A DNA stretch of 64,000 nucleotides from an uncultured Nitrospirales bacterium (GTDB taxonomy: Bacteria; UBA10199; JADGCS01), in contig CAZGMS010000072.1 of the NCBI GenBank assembly GCA_964526915.1, forward strand, positions 7,341 to 71,340. The letters are read 5' to 3'. The position numbers were made by a program, and so were the translations under genes. The notes below the pieces were generated by a model. It had not been told where the DNA came from. It searched no databases and worked only from the letters and a program-made list of their open reading frames with translations. Below, in pieces: positions 20,552 to 29,523 of this stretch; position 1 is the first letter of the stretch, and every line of letters starts with the position of its first letter.

Positions 20552-20593
20552 GGCATATTAGGCATCTTGAAAATACAGATTAAAGCACGGCTA

Positions 20594-21736
20594 TTATTTT
20601 AAGATGAGTTTTAAGTAGGTTGCTTCATTTTCAATAACTCCGTATGCTTTTGCCCGACTGATGATTTTTTTCGCCCAGTGTTTGTGTGGGTTTATTTCAT
20701 TCATTTTATTGGCCTTCACACTTTTAACCACACCTCCTGGTGTTTCTAATATTTGTAGGGCATCCTCAAATTCTTCCCTGATCACCGTCTGCATGGCATT
20801 GACATATTTGGCGTGCGAGGGGTGAATGATTGTTTTACCGACAAATCCATTGGCCTTATCAAGAATAACTTCCCTCATCAAGCCATCAACCGCTTCATTT
20901 AAGATCGGACTTCTGGTCAACAAAGAACGATGAATATCATCGGCCAATAAATTATCAAGATTATCCCCTTTGTGCACCAAAAAATACTCCCACACTGGTC
21001 CAGACACCGTGTAGTTATCTTCCTCTCTGCTGAAAAAATTCAACACATCAGACAAACAATCTTTGACTGTCAAGATATCATAAATGGAGTAGTTGATCCC
21101 TCGCCTCACTCCAAACATCGATGAAATATCAGTTCCTCCAATCCTGATATTCAGAACAAGTTTTTTAAAAGGCTCCATCATTGTTCTGATCTGACTCAAC
21201 TCATCAGTTCTCAATTCCTTATACGCTATTGTTTTTCCCTCAAGAATGGGCATGCCATACAAAGAAACTTTTAATTTACTATTCAGAGATTCAAGACAAT
21301 TGAAGTACTCTTGACAATTATGACTACAGAACTTGGGGAACGCAAATCCAGACAAAACGTTAGATTGTTCGCTCGTTAACTTCTCAACAAACCCCTTGAA
21401 TTGCTCTGGATGACGCACGCGCAGAAAGATTAATGGTATTTCATCGTGTGTGATCGCCCCTAAAGCCAAGGCTTCTGCAATTTTGTTCAATTGACTTAAC
21501 ACACTGTTCTCGGCCACTGGCAAGATCATTTCATCAACAGCATCTTCAAAGTCCATGACAATCGATGTTGCCTCAAGCACATCCTTTTTTAATAATTTAT
21601 CAACAATATTTTGCGTGCCCGGCATATAGAGTGTGGCGCCTAGACAATACTGCAACAAATCTTTATCAGTGAATTTGTTAAATTCTATTGGTTCCAAAAA
21701 AAATTGGGTGTTTGGATGATATCTGTGGTGCTTCAT
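20594..21736 (-). CDS. HpcH/HpaI aldolase / citrate lyase beta-subunit (CitE)-like lyase with a C-terminal extension
   Basis: 380 aa. N-terminal ATLYMPGT (cf. CitE SMLFVPG) and DFEDAV (cf. D-L-E-D-A/S-V Mg-binding motif). About 90 aa longer than canonical CitE. Confidence 0.55.
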   Translation of the reverse strand: MKHHRYHPNTQFFLEPIEFNKFTDKDLLQYCLGATLYMPGTQNIVDKLLKKDVLEATSIVMDFEDAVDEMILPVAENSVLSQLNKIAEALALGAITHDEIPLIFLRVRHPEQFKGFVEKLTSEQSNVLSGFAFPKFCSHNCQEYFNCLESLNSKLKVSLYGMPILEGKTIAYKELRTDELSQIRTMMEPFKKLVLNIRIGGTDISSMFGVRRGINYSIYDILTVKDCLSDVLNFFSREEDNYTVSGPVWEYFLVHKGDNLDNLLADDIHRSLLTRSPILNEAVDGLMREVILDKANGFVGKTIIHPSHAKYVNAMQTVIREEFEDALQILETPGGVVKSVKANKMNEINPHKHWAKKIISRAKAYGVIENEATYLKLILK

Positions 21737-21824
21737 TTTTTTATTCCCGTAAAGACCTTGCCAAGACGATAGATTTCGCTTGCCACGCCATATTATTAAT
21801 TTTCAAAACGATGTTCACACAAAA

Positions 21825-22901
21825 TCACAATACAGTGCCATATTTCATGGCTCGATACCTCACACAATAAAAATATAGCGAATAACTGATAAGGATAATG
21901 GTGAAAATAATAATGACTATACTGTTACTAAGTGTTTTAATATAATAAAAAGCCAGTGCGGCCAATATGATAGTCTGCAAATAATAAAAAAGTGTTATCG
22001 ACTTCACCTCCCAACCCATCATGTGAAGCAACTGATACGGATGCATCCTGTGCGCCTGATATATTTTATGCCCCTGACACAGCCGCCAAATGACGGTAAA
22101 CAATGTTTCCATTATAAAATTAGCAAATAAAATGGGCGTGATCAAAAAAGGTGTGTGTGATTGATCATAGTTAGCCGCCAAGATGGCAATGGCACCAAAA
22201 GAAAATCCCAAAAAAGTACTGCCCACATCGCCCATAAATATGGTGCCTTTGGGAAAATTGAATATCAAAAAACCTAAAGCAGCGGCCGCCAACATATAAC
22301 TCACATGAAACACAAAACCACTACCCATCATGAACGTAATCAGTGTAAAACCCAGCCCCACCAGCACAGCCGTACCTGCAGCCAAACCATTGATCCCATC
22401 CATAAAGTTAAAGGCGTTTGTGATGCCCACAATCCATAAAATGGTCAGCGGATAACCCCATATTCCCAACTCTACATTTCCGAAATAAGGAATGGTGAGC
22501 TTTTTGATTGTGAGGCCAAAGGCCATCAGTATGATCACGCCAACAAACTGACTGAGGAACTTATAGGCAAAGGCCTTATTAGTGATGTCATCATACAAAC
22601 TGACAACAGCAATCATGAGAGATGATAAAAACAAACCCCAGTATGGCTTGGCGCCCACAAAATTATCATTCTGCAAAACATAGTAGAGCAAAATGCCTAT
22701 GCAATACGATACGACAATGGCAATTCCTCCACTACGAGGTATAGCACCCGTGTGAGAACTTCTTGCACACGCTGTATCCATGATCCTGACATATTTACGG
22801 CAAAGATATGTAAAGCATGCTGACAAAAATACCAGCATGATAAAAAAAGCGGTATTCGAAACATAAAACATGCTATGATTTTTCAAAAGTTCTGTCAGCA
22901 T
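21825..22901 (-). CDS. polyprenyl-phosphate N-acetylhexosamine-1-phosphate transferase (WecA / WbpL / MraY superfamily)
   Basis: 358 aa polytopic membrane protein with the NAFNFMDGINGLAAG motif and the DDxxN-containing loop (VSLYDDITNK). Confidence 0.85.
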   Translation of the reverse strand: MLTELLKNHSMFYVSNTAFFIMLVFLSACFTYLCRKYVRIMDTACARSSHTGAIPRSGGIAIVVSYCIGILLYYVLQNDNFVGAKPYWGLFLSSLMIAVVSLYDDITNKAFAYKFLSQFVGVIILMAFGLTIKKLTIPYFGNVELGIWGYPLTILWIVGITNAFNFMDGINGLAAGTAVLVGLGFTLITFMMGSGFVFHVSYMLAAAALGFLIFNFPKGTIFMGDVGSTFLGFSFGAIAILAANYDQSHTPFLITPILFANFIMETLFTVIWRLCQGHKIYQAHRMHPYQLLHMMGWEVKSITLFYYLQTIILAALAFYYIKTLSNSIVIIIFTIILISYSLYFYCVRYRAMKYGTVL

Positions 22902-23854
22902 ATCGCCTTATTGTTATACCATGTCACTGTTTCTTTTAGTGCGTCGTTCATAGAGCATGGTGGTTTCCATCCCAACAATCGAGTGGACTTTGATCGGTCA
23001 ATTTCGAGCGAACAACACAATCGTTGATAAAGCCCTTTTTTCCCAAGCAAAAAAGCTCCTCGCCTCACAATCGCCTTATCTATGTTGAAAATACGCGCAG
23101 GTCTGCCCATATTATGAGCAATCATCTTAATCAAGTCGGGAACAGTCACAGATTCCGCATCAGAAGCCAGAAATACATTCCCACCTGCTTTTGCATTTGT
23201 CAGGCAATGCACTATCAAATCGCATAGATTTCCCACACTAATCATGTGGCGCACATTCTGAAAACGCCCCAGAGGAAGCGGAACACCCTTTTGAGCAAGC
23301 CACAACAGCCTGAGAAAATTACCCTTCACACCAGGGCCATAAACCAAAGGTGTACGGATGATCACAACCCCCATTTTCGTTTCGGCCTGAATGCGCAATA
23401 GTGCCTGCTCTGCTTTGAACTTGGACTTGGCATAGGCACCTTCTGGCTTAGGATCATCTTCTTCTGTAAATGGCTTTTCAAAGGTTTCTTCACCATTTAC
23501 TTTTATTGTGCTTAAAAAAACAAACTTTTTTACCCCATGTCCTGCCGCCGCCTGCGCAAATTTTTCTGTAACGACTGCATTAACCAAGTCATATTCATCT
23601 TTATTGTCAGTTTTTTCAATTTCATGAACTTTGGCCGCTAAATGAACAATCACTTCACAGTCTTTTAAATACCGATCCCAGTCATCAACGGCCTGGGCAT
23701 CGGACACTTGGATATAATCCACCACATCGGACAAAGTCGTTTGCCTTTTCGGAAGCCTTCCCATCCCTCTCACCAAAAATCCATTATCAACCAGATGGCG
23801 AGCCAAATGTTGTCCCACAAAACCAGAAATACCTGTCACCAATACCTTTTTCAT
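22895..23854 (-). CDS. NAD-dependent nucleotide-sugar epimerase/dehydratase (SDR, UDP-glucose 4-epimerase-like)
   Basis: Rossmann start MKKVLVTGISGFVGQHL. The ORF track extends to 23989, but that N-terminal extension overlaps the upstream GT4 gene in another frame. The start at 23854 gives a 4-bp ATGA overlap. YAKSK catalytic motif present. Confidence 0.75.
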   Translation of the reverse strand: MKKVLVTGISGFVGQHLARHLVDNGFLVRGMGRLPKRQTTLSDVVDYIQVSDAQAVDDWDRYLKDCEVIVHLAAKVHEIEKTDNKDEYDLVNAVVTEKFAQAAAGHGVKKFVFLSTIKVNGEETFEKPFTEEDDPKPEGAYAKSKFKAEQALLRIQAETKMGVVIIRTPLVYGPGVKGNFLRLLWLAQKGVPLPLGRFQNVRHMISVGNLCDLIVHCLTNAKAGGNVFLASDAESVTVPDLIKMIAHNMGRPARIFNIDKAIVRRGAFLLGKKGLYQRLCCSLEIDRSKSTRLLGWKPPCSMNDALKETVTWYNNKAIC

Positions 23855-25113
23855 TGCTCTACTACTGCCTGAATTCCTTTTTGACCCAGAACCAGCGGTT
23901 CCAACACAGCGACCATTTTTTTTGCCTGTTCTTCTCGTGTGTGTGTCTTGGCCGCCATCAGACTTTGTTTTGCATATTGAAGTCGCCATTCGTTATTTTC
24001 AAATAAACGCACTACAGCGCAACTCAGAGCAACAGCATCTTCAGGCAAAACACAAACACCAACTTTTTCTGAATCTATAATATGACTGAGCTCTCCCTTT
24101 GGCCCTGCAAATAAAATAGGCAACCCCATACCCATGGCTTCAAAAACCTTCGAAGGGATTACTGTTTCAAAAACAGGAGTGTTTTTTAGGCTCACCAACG
24201 CCACATCACATAAGCTCCAGAATCTTGGCATTTCAGATTTGGGTTGGGCCGCAAGAAACGTCACATTGGTCAGTCCCATCTGTGCTGTTTTTTCCTGCAG
24301 TCCTTTCTTTGTAGCACCATCTCCAACGAACAAAAAATGAATAGACGGTTTATCTTCCATCTTTTTGGCTGTCTCTAAAATTGTTTCCAAAGCATGTGCC
24401 AAACCATGTGTACCCAGATAACCTACAATAAATTTTTGGTTTAGTGAATATTGTTTGAGAAGTTCTTTATCTTTTCCTCTGGGAGAATAGCGACTCAAAT
24501 CCACACCATTGATCACCACTGAAATCTTGTTTTCGGGAATTCTCCTTTTAACCAAATCGTCTTTAAAGGCATTTGTCAACGCCACCACAGCCGCCGCTTT
24601 GTGATACAAAAACAACTCAACTTTTTCGATCATCCGTAAAACAAGTCCTTGTTTCATAGCACCCACCGCGGCGATAGAAGCAGGCCACAAATCACCTAAC
24701 TCAAAGACAAAAGGCACTCTTTTGCAGAATGCCGCCGCCCACCCACCCACTGCTGCAAAAAACTGTGGGGATGTAGCAATGATCAAATCTGGTTTTTTTT
24801 GAAATAAAGCCACCCCAAAAGCCATAAACATATACGATATAAAATCCAGAGTTCTTAAAAGAAAACCTTCGTTTGCAGAAATATATGTTTTCACCCGAAT
24901 GACTCTAATACCTGACATCATTTCTGTCTGATACCATTTGTTTTTATAACCAGCATATACTTTTCCCTGCGGAAAATTGGGGGCACACGAAATAACAGTC
25001 ACTTGGTGACCCCAACGCACCCAATAGCAGGCCCGCTCAAAAACACGCGAGGCAGAAGCGTTGACTTCAGGAGGAAAATTGTCTGAAAAGAAAAGAATGT
25101 TCATACGCCACAA
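23851..25113 (-). CDS. glycosyltransferase, GT4 family (WbuB / WbjE-like)
   Basis: 420 aa. C-terminal motif IPSKVFEAMGMGLPILFAG. Gene-order match to a GT in FucNAc-type clusters. Confidence 0.7.
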   Translation of the reverse strand: MWRMNILFFSDNFPPEVNASASRVFERACYWVRWGHQVTVISCAPNFPQGKVYAGYKNKWYQTEMMSGIRVIRVKTYISANEGFLLRTLDFISYMFMAFGVALFQKKPDLIIATSPQFFAAVGGWAAAFCKRVPFVFELGDLWPASIAAVGAMKQGLVLRMIEKVELFLYHKAAAVVALTNAFKDDLVKRRIPENKISVVINGVDLSRYSPRGKDKELLKQYSLNQKFIVGYLGTHGLAHALETILETAKKMEDKPSIHFLFVGDGATKKGLQEKTAQMGLTNVTFLAAQPKSEMPRFWSLCDVALVSLKNTPVFETVIPSKVFEAMGMGLPILFAGPKGELSHIIDSEKVGVCVLPEDAVALSCAVVRLFENNEWRLQYAKQSLMAAKTHTREEQAKKMVAVLEPLVLGQKGIQAVVEQ

Positions 25114-26225
25114 GGCACGCTCACAAAGAGGTGTTTTAGCACATCAACAATGCGTTCTCCAGACTTGCCATCCCACAAATCAGGAATACGGCCTTTTTTC
25201 CACTGCCCAGCGAGTATCTGATCAACGGCATGGATAATACGAGTGGGATCACTCCCCACAATCTCATTGGTCCCCACAGTCACCGTCACAGGGCGCTCAG
25301 TATTCCCTCTCATGGTGATACAGGGAATCCCCAAAACGGTAGTTTCTTCCTGAACACCACCCGAATCAGTCAATACAAATTTGGCGGCCGCGGTGAGCCT
25401 GATCATCTCATGATACGATACAGGCTCCAACTGGTGAATATTTTTCAATTGCTCCCATTGCGGAGCCAAACCAAATTGGTCAATCATCTTGATCGTTCTG
25501 GGATGAACAGGAAAAACAATTTTTATCCGATTCTGAATGTGAGCAAAAGCCTTTAGCAAGCCTTTTAGTACCATGGCATGATCAACATTAGATGGTCTGT
25601 GAAGTGTCATGAGGCAATACTGGCCTTTTTGAATATGGAGTCGTTCCAAAATATCAGATGTTTGGGCCTGAGGAAAATTTCTGAGCAAGGTGTCAATCAT
25701 GACATTGCCCACAAAATATATTTTGTGAGAAGGAACTCCTTCACGTAGCAAATTGTCTTGAGCTTCCTGTTCCGTTACAAAAAAATAATCACTAATGGCA
25801 TCAGTCACCTTGCGATTGATTTCCTCAGGCATTTCATCATCGTAACTCCTGAGCCCCGCTTCGACATGAGCCACTGGAACAGAGAGCTTCTTGGCTGTAA
25901 TTGCACAGGCCATCGTGGAATTAACATCGCCAACAACAAGCACCAAAGCAGGCTTCTGTTTGAGAAGCATCTCTTCAAAACGAACCATGATGTTTGCTGT
26001 CTGTACAGCGTGCGTGCCGGAGCCCACTTCCAGATGAACATCCGGCTGGGGCAGACCCAACTCCTCAAAGAATCGCCCAGACATTCTCTGATCATAGTGC
26101 TGGCCGGTGTGAACCAACAGTGGAGTCATGCCTGTGACGCAAGCTTTCATGGAGGTCACAAGAGAAGCCACTTTCATAAAATTGGGGCGCGCCCCACAAA
26201 CGATCGCAATTTTTTTTGTTATCAC
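25101..26225 (-). CDS. UDP-N-acetylglucosamine 2-epimerase (WecB / FnlC / NeuC family; hydrolysing vs non-hydrolysing not resolvable)
   Basis: 374 aa. N-terminal KIAIVCGARPNFMKVASLV and internal HVEAGLRS motifs of the Epimerase_2 family. Confidence 0.85.
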   Translation of the reverse strand: MITKKIAIVCGARPNFMKVASLVTSMKACVTGMTPLLVHTGQHYDQRMSGRFFEELGLPQPDVHLEVGSGTHAVQTANIMVRFEEMLLKQKPALVLVVGDVNSTMACAITAKKLSVPVAHVEAGLRSYDDEMPEEINRKVTDAISDYFFVTEQEAQDNLLREGVPSHKIYFVGNVMIDTLLRNFPQAQTSDILERLHIQKGQYCLMTLHRPSNVDHAMVLKGLLKAFAHIQNRIKIVFPVHPRTIKMIDQFGLAPQWEQLKNIHQLEPVSYHEMIRLTAAAKFVLTDSGGVQEETTVLGIPCITMRGNTERPVTVTVGTNEIVGSDPTRIIHAVDQILAGQWKKGRIPDLWDGKSGERIVDVLKHLFVSVPCGV

Positions 26226-27625
26226 ACAACCACACCTTTCAAAATAATGTCGCCTGGCTTCCTAAACACTTTATCATATAACCAGACCAAAGCTGCCGCA
26301 TCCAAGATTAAAATAGCAAAATACGCCGCAAACATATAACGTTGCTCGTAATGCGTGGGTAAATGAATGGCTATTTTATACAAATACAATAACAACAGAA
26401 TTGATATTTGTCGAAACTCCTTCCGATAAAAAATCAAAGCCAACATGACCAATAAAAACATAACAATAACAATCGCTGTAAAACAAACATGAATAAAAGC
26501 CTTAGCCGTAAATGATTCTGATGTTGCAGCATCTAACAACATCATTGATACTAATCTTTTAAGCAAAACTTTTGCATAATATTCCGGGTGCGCCTTAACG
26601 ACTTGCATGGCATCGTCCATCAAGAGATCCGATGACTCCTTGACCCACCGTGGGCCATCATATCCCAGCTCATGTAATCTCTTTTGACCGGCATCATCAG
26701 AGTTTTCAAAACCATAGGAATTTGGATACTCACCCAACCCTTCCCAAAAGCCTTCCCCTGTATTGGACCAATAATCATAATGCCCTGTGCTTTTTTGATA
26801 CAAAATTGAAAACGGAGCACCAAAGAAAACCACAACAATAAGAAACATCGATACTGAATTAGCAAAACTAACAAACAATGTTTTCTTTTGAAGCAATAAA
26901 TAGACAAAATACACACCTGGCAAAAATATGATGAATGGTCTAAACCAACAAAAAAATGCAATGGATACGCCTGACAAAACAACCCACACAAGAGATCTTT
27001 CACTATGAAATATTTTTAATGAGAAATAAGTTGCTGTAATCATTCCCCACAATTCAAAAACATCACGACTAGCCACAGAGGACAGTAAAATAAATGGTAC
27101 AAATAATATATACAAGACTGAAGAAAGGTATGCTATGGATGAACGCATAAAAATAAGTTCAGCGATCAAAAACACAAGCACAGCCATAAATGAATCAAAG
27201 ATAATTTGAATAATCTGCAGTGGCAGAAAACTTTTTGGAAATATTTTCCAGAAGATCCCAAGAACAATTGCATAACCTGGAACATCTGTTAGAAGCGGGA
27301 AGGTATAATCACTGTTGGTTTTATTGAGAATTGCCTCCCTTTGAAAATAATCCACATTGATTCTCTTTTCCTTCATATTCAAAAGATTTTTGTAGGCCTG
27401 AGAATCTGGATCTTTAGGGCTCTTCCAATCTAATTCTCCGCCTGACTTAAAACCAATTCCATCGGCAATATTGCTTGCAATAGTATATTGTTCGCCCATA
27501 CGACCAGAATCGAAATAGAGATCATGAAAGACAAATAAACCAACAACCCTTACCGCAAGAGCTATGAGAAACAATATAAGTAATGTATTTTTCATCGTTC
27601 TATACAAAGAAACCGGAAACTCCAT
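26222..27625 (-). CDS. polytopic membrane protein, candidate GT-C fold glycosyltransferase (ArnT / PMT_2-like)
   Basis: 467 aa, about 10 or more TM helices with a soluble segment after the TM block. A first-loop acidic motif (FHDLYFDSGRMGEQY) resembles the GT-C D/E loop. Supported mainly by context: a GtrB/ArnC-like GT2 lies 2.7 kb upstream in the same arm. Confidence 0.35.
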   Translation of the reverse strand: MEFPVSLYRTMKNTLLILFLIALAVRVVGLFVFHDLYFDSGRMGEQYTIASNIADGIGFKSGGELDWKSPKDPDSQAYKNLLNMKEKRINVDYFQREAILNKTNSDYTFPLLTDVPGYAIVLGIFWKIFPKSFLPLQIIQIIFDSFMAVLVFLIAELIFMRSSIAYLSSVLYILFVPFILLSSVASRDVFELWGMITATYFSLKIFHSERSLVWVVLSGVSIAFFCWFRPFIIFLPGVYFVYLLLQKKTLFVSFANSVSMFLIVVVFFGAPFSILYQKSTGHYDYWSNTGEGFWEGLGEYPNSYGFENSDDAGQKRLHELGYDGPRWVKESSDLLMDDAMQVVKAHPEYYAKVLLKRLVSMMLLDAATSESFTAKAFIHVCFTAIVIVMFLLVMLALIFYRKEFRQISILLLLYLYKIAIHLPTHYEQRYMFAAYFAILILDAAALVWLYDKVFRKPGDIILKGVVV

Positions 27626-28727
27626 TGATCACCTGATCTATAAGGGGATCCAAACCTGCCCATAAAGGAAGTCTTAAAATGCGTTCACTTGTATGTTCTG
27701 TGTTCATCATTGTTCCAAAACACCTGGCATATTTAGACCCATAAGGAGAGCTGTGTAATGGCACATAATGTGATACGGCATTGATACCCATTTCTTTGAG
27801 ATGTGACATGATATCTGATCTTGTTCTAGAATCTTCGAGCAACAAATAATACATATGAGCGTTGTGTACACATCTGGCAGAAATCATTGGCCGTCTCAAA
27901 ACACCTTTCTGTTCTAAAACCAAAAAGGCGTCATGATATCGTTGCCAAAGACACATTCGATTATCAGTTATTTTCTTTGCCTCATCAAGCTGTGCATAAA
28001 GAAATGCCGCCACCATTTCACCTGGTAAAAAGGAAGACCCCAAATCCTGCCATGAATATTTATCAACCTCACCTCTTAAGAACTGCTTTCGATTCGTTCC
28101 CTTCTGCCAAATAATTTCCGCTCTCCGCACAAAACGTTCATCATTCATTAACAATGCACCGCCCTCACCGGAAGAAATATTTTTTGTGTCGTGAAAACTG
28201 AGACATCCCATCTGTCCAATCGTTCCAAGATATTGGTTGTTATATTGAGACATGATAGCCTGTGCGGCATCTTCGATAACCAACAGATGATGTCTTTTCG
28301 CTATGGATGTGATGGTTTCCATTTCACAACCAACGCCCGCATAGTGGACGGGAACGATGGCTTTTGTTTTTGGGGTGATCGCATCCTCTATGATCTTTTC
28401 ATCGATGTTCAAGGTGTCTGACCTGATATCAACAAAGACAGGGACTCCACCACGCAGAACAAATGCATTGGCTGTAGAAACAAATGTGAATGAGGGCATG
28501 ATGATCTCATCACCTTGCTGAATATCGGCTAATAAAGCGGCCATTTCCAACGCGCCCGTGCATGAATGCGTCAGCAGAACCTTTTGACATCCAAGTTTTT
28601 TTTCCAACCATTCATGACATTTTTTTGTGAAGAGACCATCACCAGACAAACGCCGATCCTCTAACACCTTTTGAATATACTTGATTTCATGACCTGTAAT
28701 GAATGGCTTATTGAATGGTATTTTCAT
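27600..28727 (-). CDS. DegT-family aminotransferase, WecE-like (dTDP-4-keto-6-deoxyhexose 4-aminotransferase)
   Basis: Strong resemblance, from my recollection of WecE, over IIMPSFTFVSTANAFVLRGG, GEGGALLMND and DKYSWQDLGSS. RmlA/RmlB lie in the same arm. The track ORF starts at 28766; MKIPFNKP at 28727 is the more plausible start. Confidence 0.75.
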   Translation of the reverse strand: MKIPFNKPFITGHEIKYIQKVLEDRRLSGDGLFTKKCHEWLEKKLGCQKVLLTHSCTGALEMAALLADIQQGDEIIMPSFTFVSTANAFVLRGGVPVFVDIRSDTLNIDEKIIEDAITPKTKAIVPVHYAGVGCEMETITSIAKRHHLLVIEDAAQAIMSQYNNQYLGTIGQMGCLSFHDTKNISSGEGGALLMNDERFVRRAEIIWQKGTNRKQFLRGEVDKYSWQDLGSSFLPGEMVAAFLYAQLDEAKKITDNRMCLWQRYHDAFLVLEQKGVLRRPMISARCVHNAHMYYLLLEDSRTRSDIMSHLKEMGINAVSHYVPLHSSPYGSKYARCFGTMMNTEHTSERILRLPLWAGLDPLIDQVINGVSGFFV

Positions 28728-29505
28728 CATTGATTTTTTCGGCCACACAGACCAGGGAACCTCCAAAGGGGAATGACAAACCGTAAGCGATCATCAACAT
28801 TTCAACATCACAAACCCGTTCGAAGATCCAATTGATCCATCGTGCAATTTTGAATTCAGAAAGAATGTCCTGAGTTGAATTCGATTTTAAACTCTTTTTC
28901 AACCAGATTCTAGAAACAAACATGAACGGCAACAAGAGGGCCATGAAAGACGAAACCCAAACCATTCTGAACCCGCTTTTTTTTAGTTTGATGGTAAGTT
29001 CTTCACAAGTGTACCTTCGTTTATGGCAAGCAACCTCATCCTGAGAACTCCACAACCAAGCATGTTGCGGCACAGTCAGAATAAGCCCCCCACCCTTTTT
29101 CAGACCCTGATGAAATTGATTCAAGACACACTCATCTTCCAGAACATGTTCCAGAACATCAAACGCCCCAATAACATCATATTCTTCCCTATACGGCATT
29201 TGCCGCGCGTCCATTTGGAACAGTGACGCATTTTTGAGTCTCTTCTTTGCAAAGCTCAAACCCTCAGAAAACAAATCGCTCCCTGAAATCTGAGTCTCTG
29301 GAAATGACTTTTCGATGGCCGACAAAACAAAGCCAGTTCCACAACCCACCTCAAGAAAAGATTTCATCTGTGGGAAAAATTTTTTAAGAGCCCACAAAAT
29401 CAGGCGGTTTCTTGAACAGAACCAGAAGTTCCGAGATTCTAGTTTCTGGATTTGCCAAAAATAGTCACTATCAAAACCTTGTGAAAGATTAACTGCGCCT
29501 ATCAT
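28708..29505 (-). CDS. class I SAM-dependent methyltransferase
   Basis: 265 aa. Motif I FLEVGCGTGFV and motif II region DVIGAFDVLEHV. Confidence 0.65.
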   Translation of the reverse strand: MIGAVNLSQGFDSDYFWQIQKLESRNFWFCSRNRLILWALKKFFPQMKSFLEVGCGTGFVLSAIEKSFPETQISGSDLFSEGLSFAKKRLKNASLFQMDARQMPYREEYDVIGAFDVLEHVLEDECVLNQFHQGLKKGGGLILTVPQHAWLWSSQDEVACHKRRYTCEELTIKLKKSGFRMVWVSSFMALLLPFMFVSRIWLKKSLKSNSTQDILSEFKIARWINWIFERVCDVEMLMIAYGLSFPFGGSLVCVAEKINDENTIQ

Positions 29506-29523
29506 AAAAAATGTCGAAACGAA

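Noticed and set aside
21737-21824. JUMPStart / ops (GGCGGTAG) element as the operon leader
   Set aside because: The array is transcribed toward low coordinates, so the operon's 5' leader lies beyond 64000 and is not in this window. I did not find the ops 8-mer by eye in the internal gaps, but an exhaustive scan would be needed.
26222-27625. Calling the 467-aa membrane protein a second Wzy or an O-antigen ligase (WaaL)
   Set aside because: Possible, but the presence of a GtrB/ArnC-type GT2 in the same arm makes a GT-C partner the more economical explanation. Kept as a low-confidence GT-C call instead.
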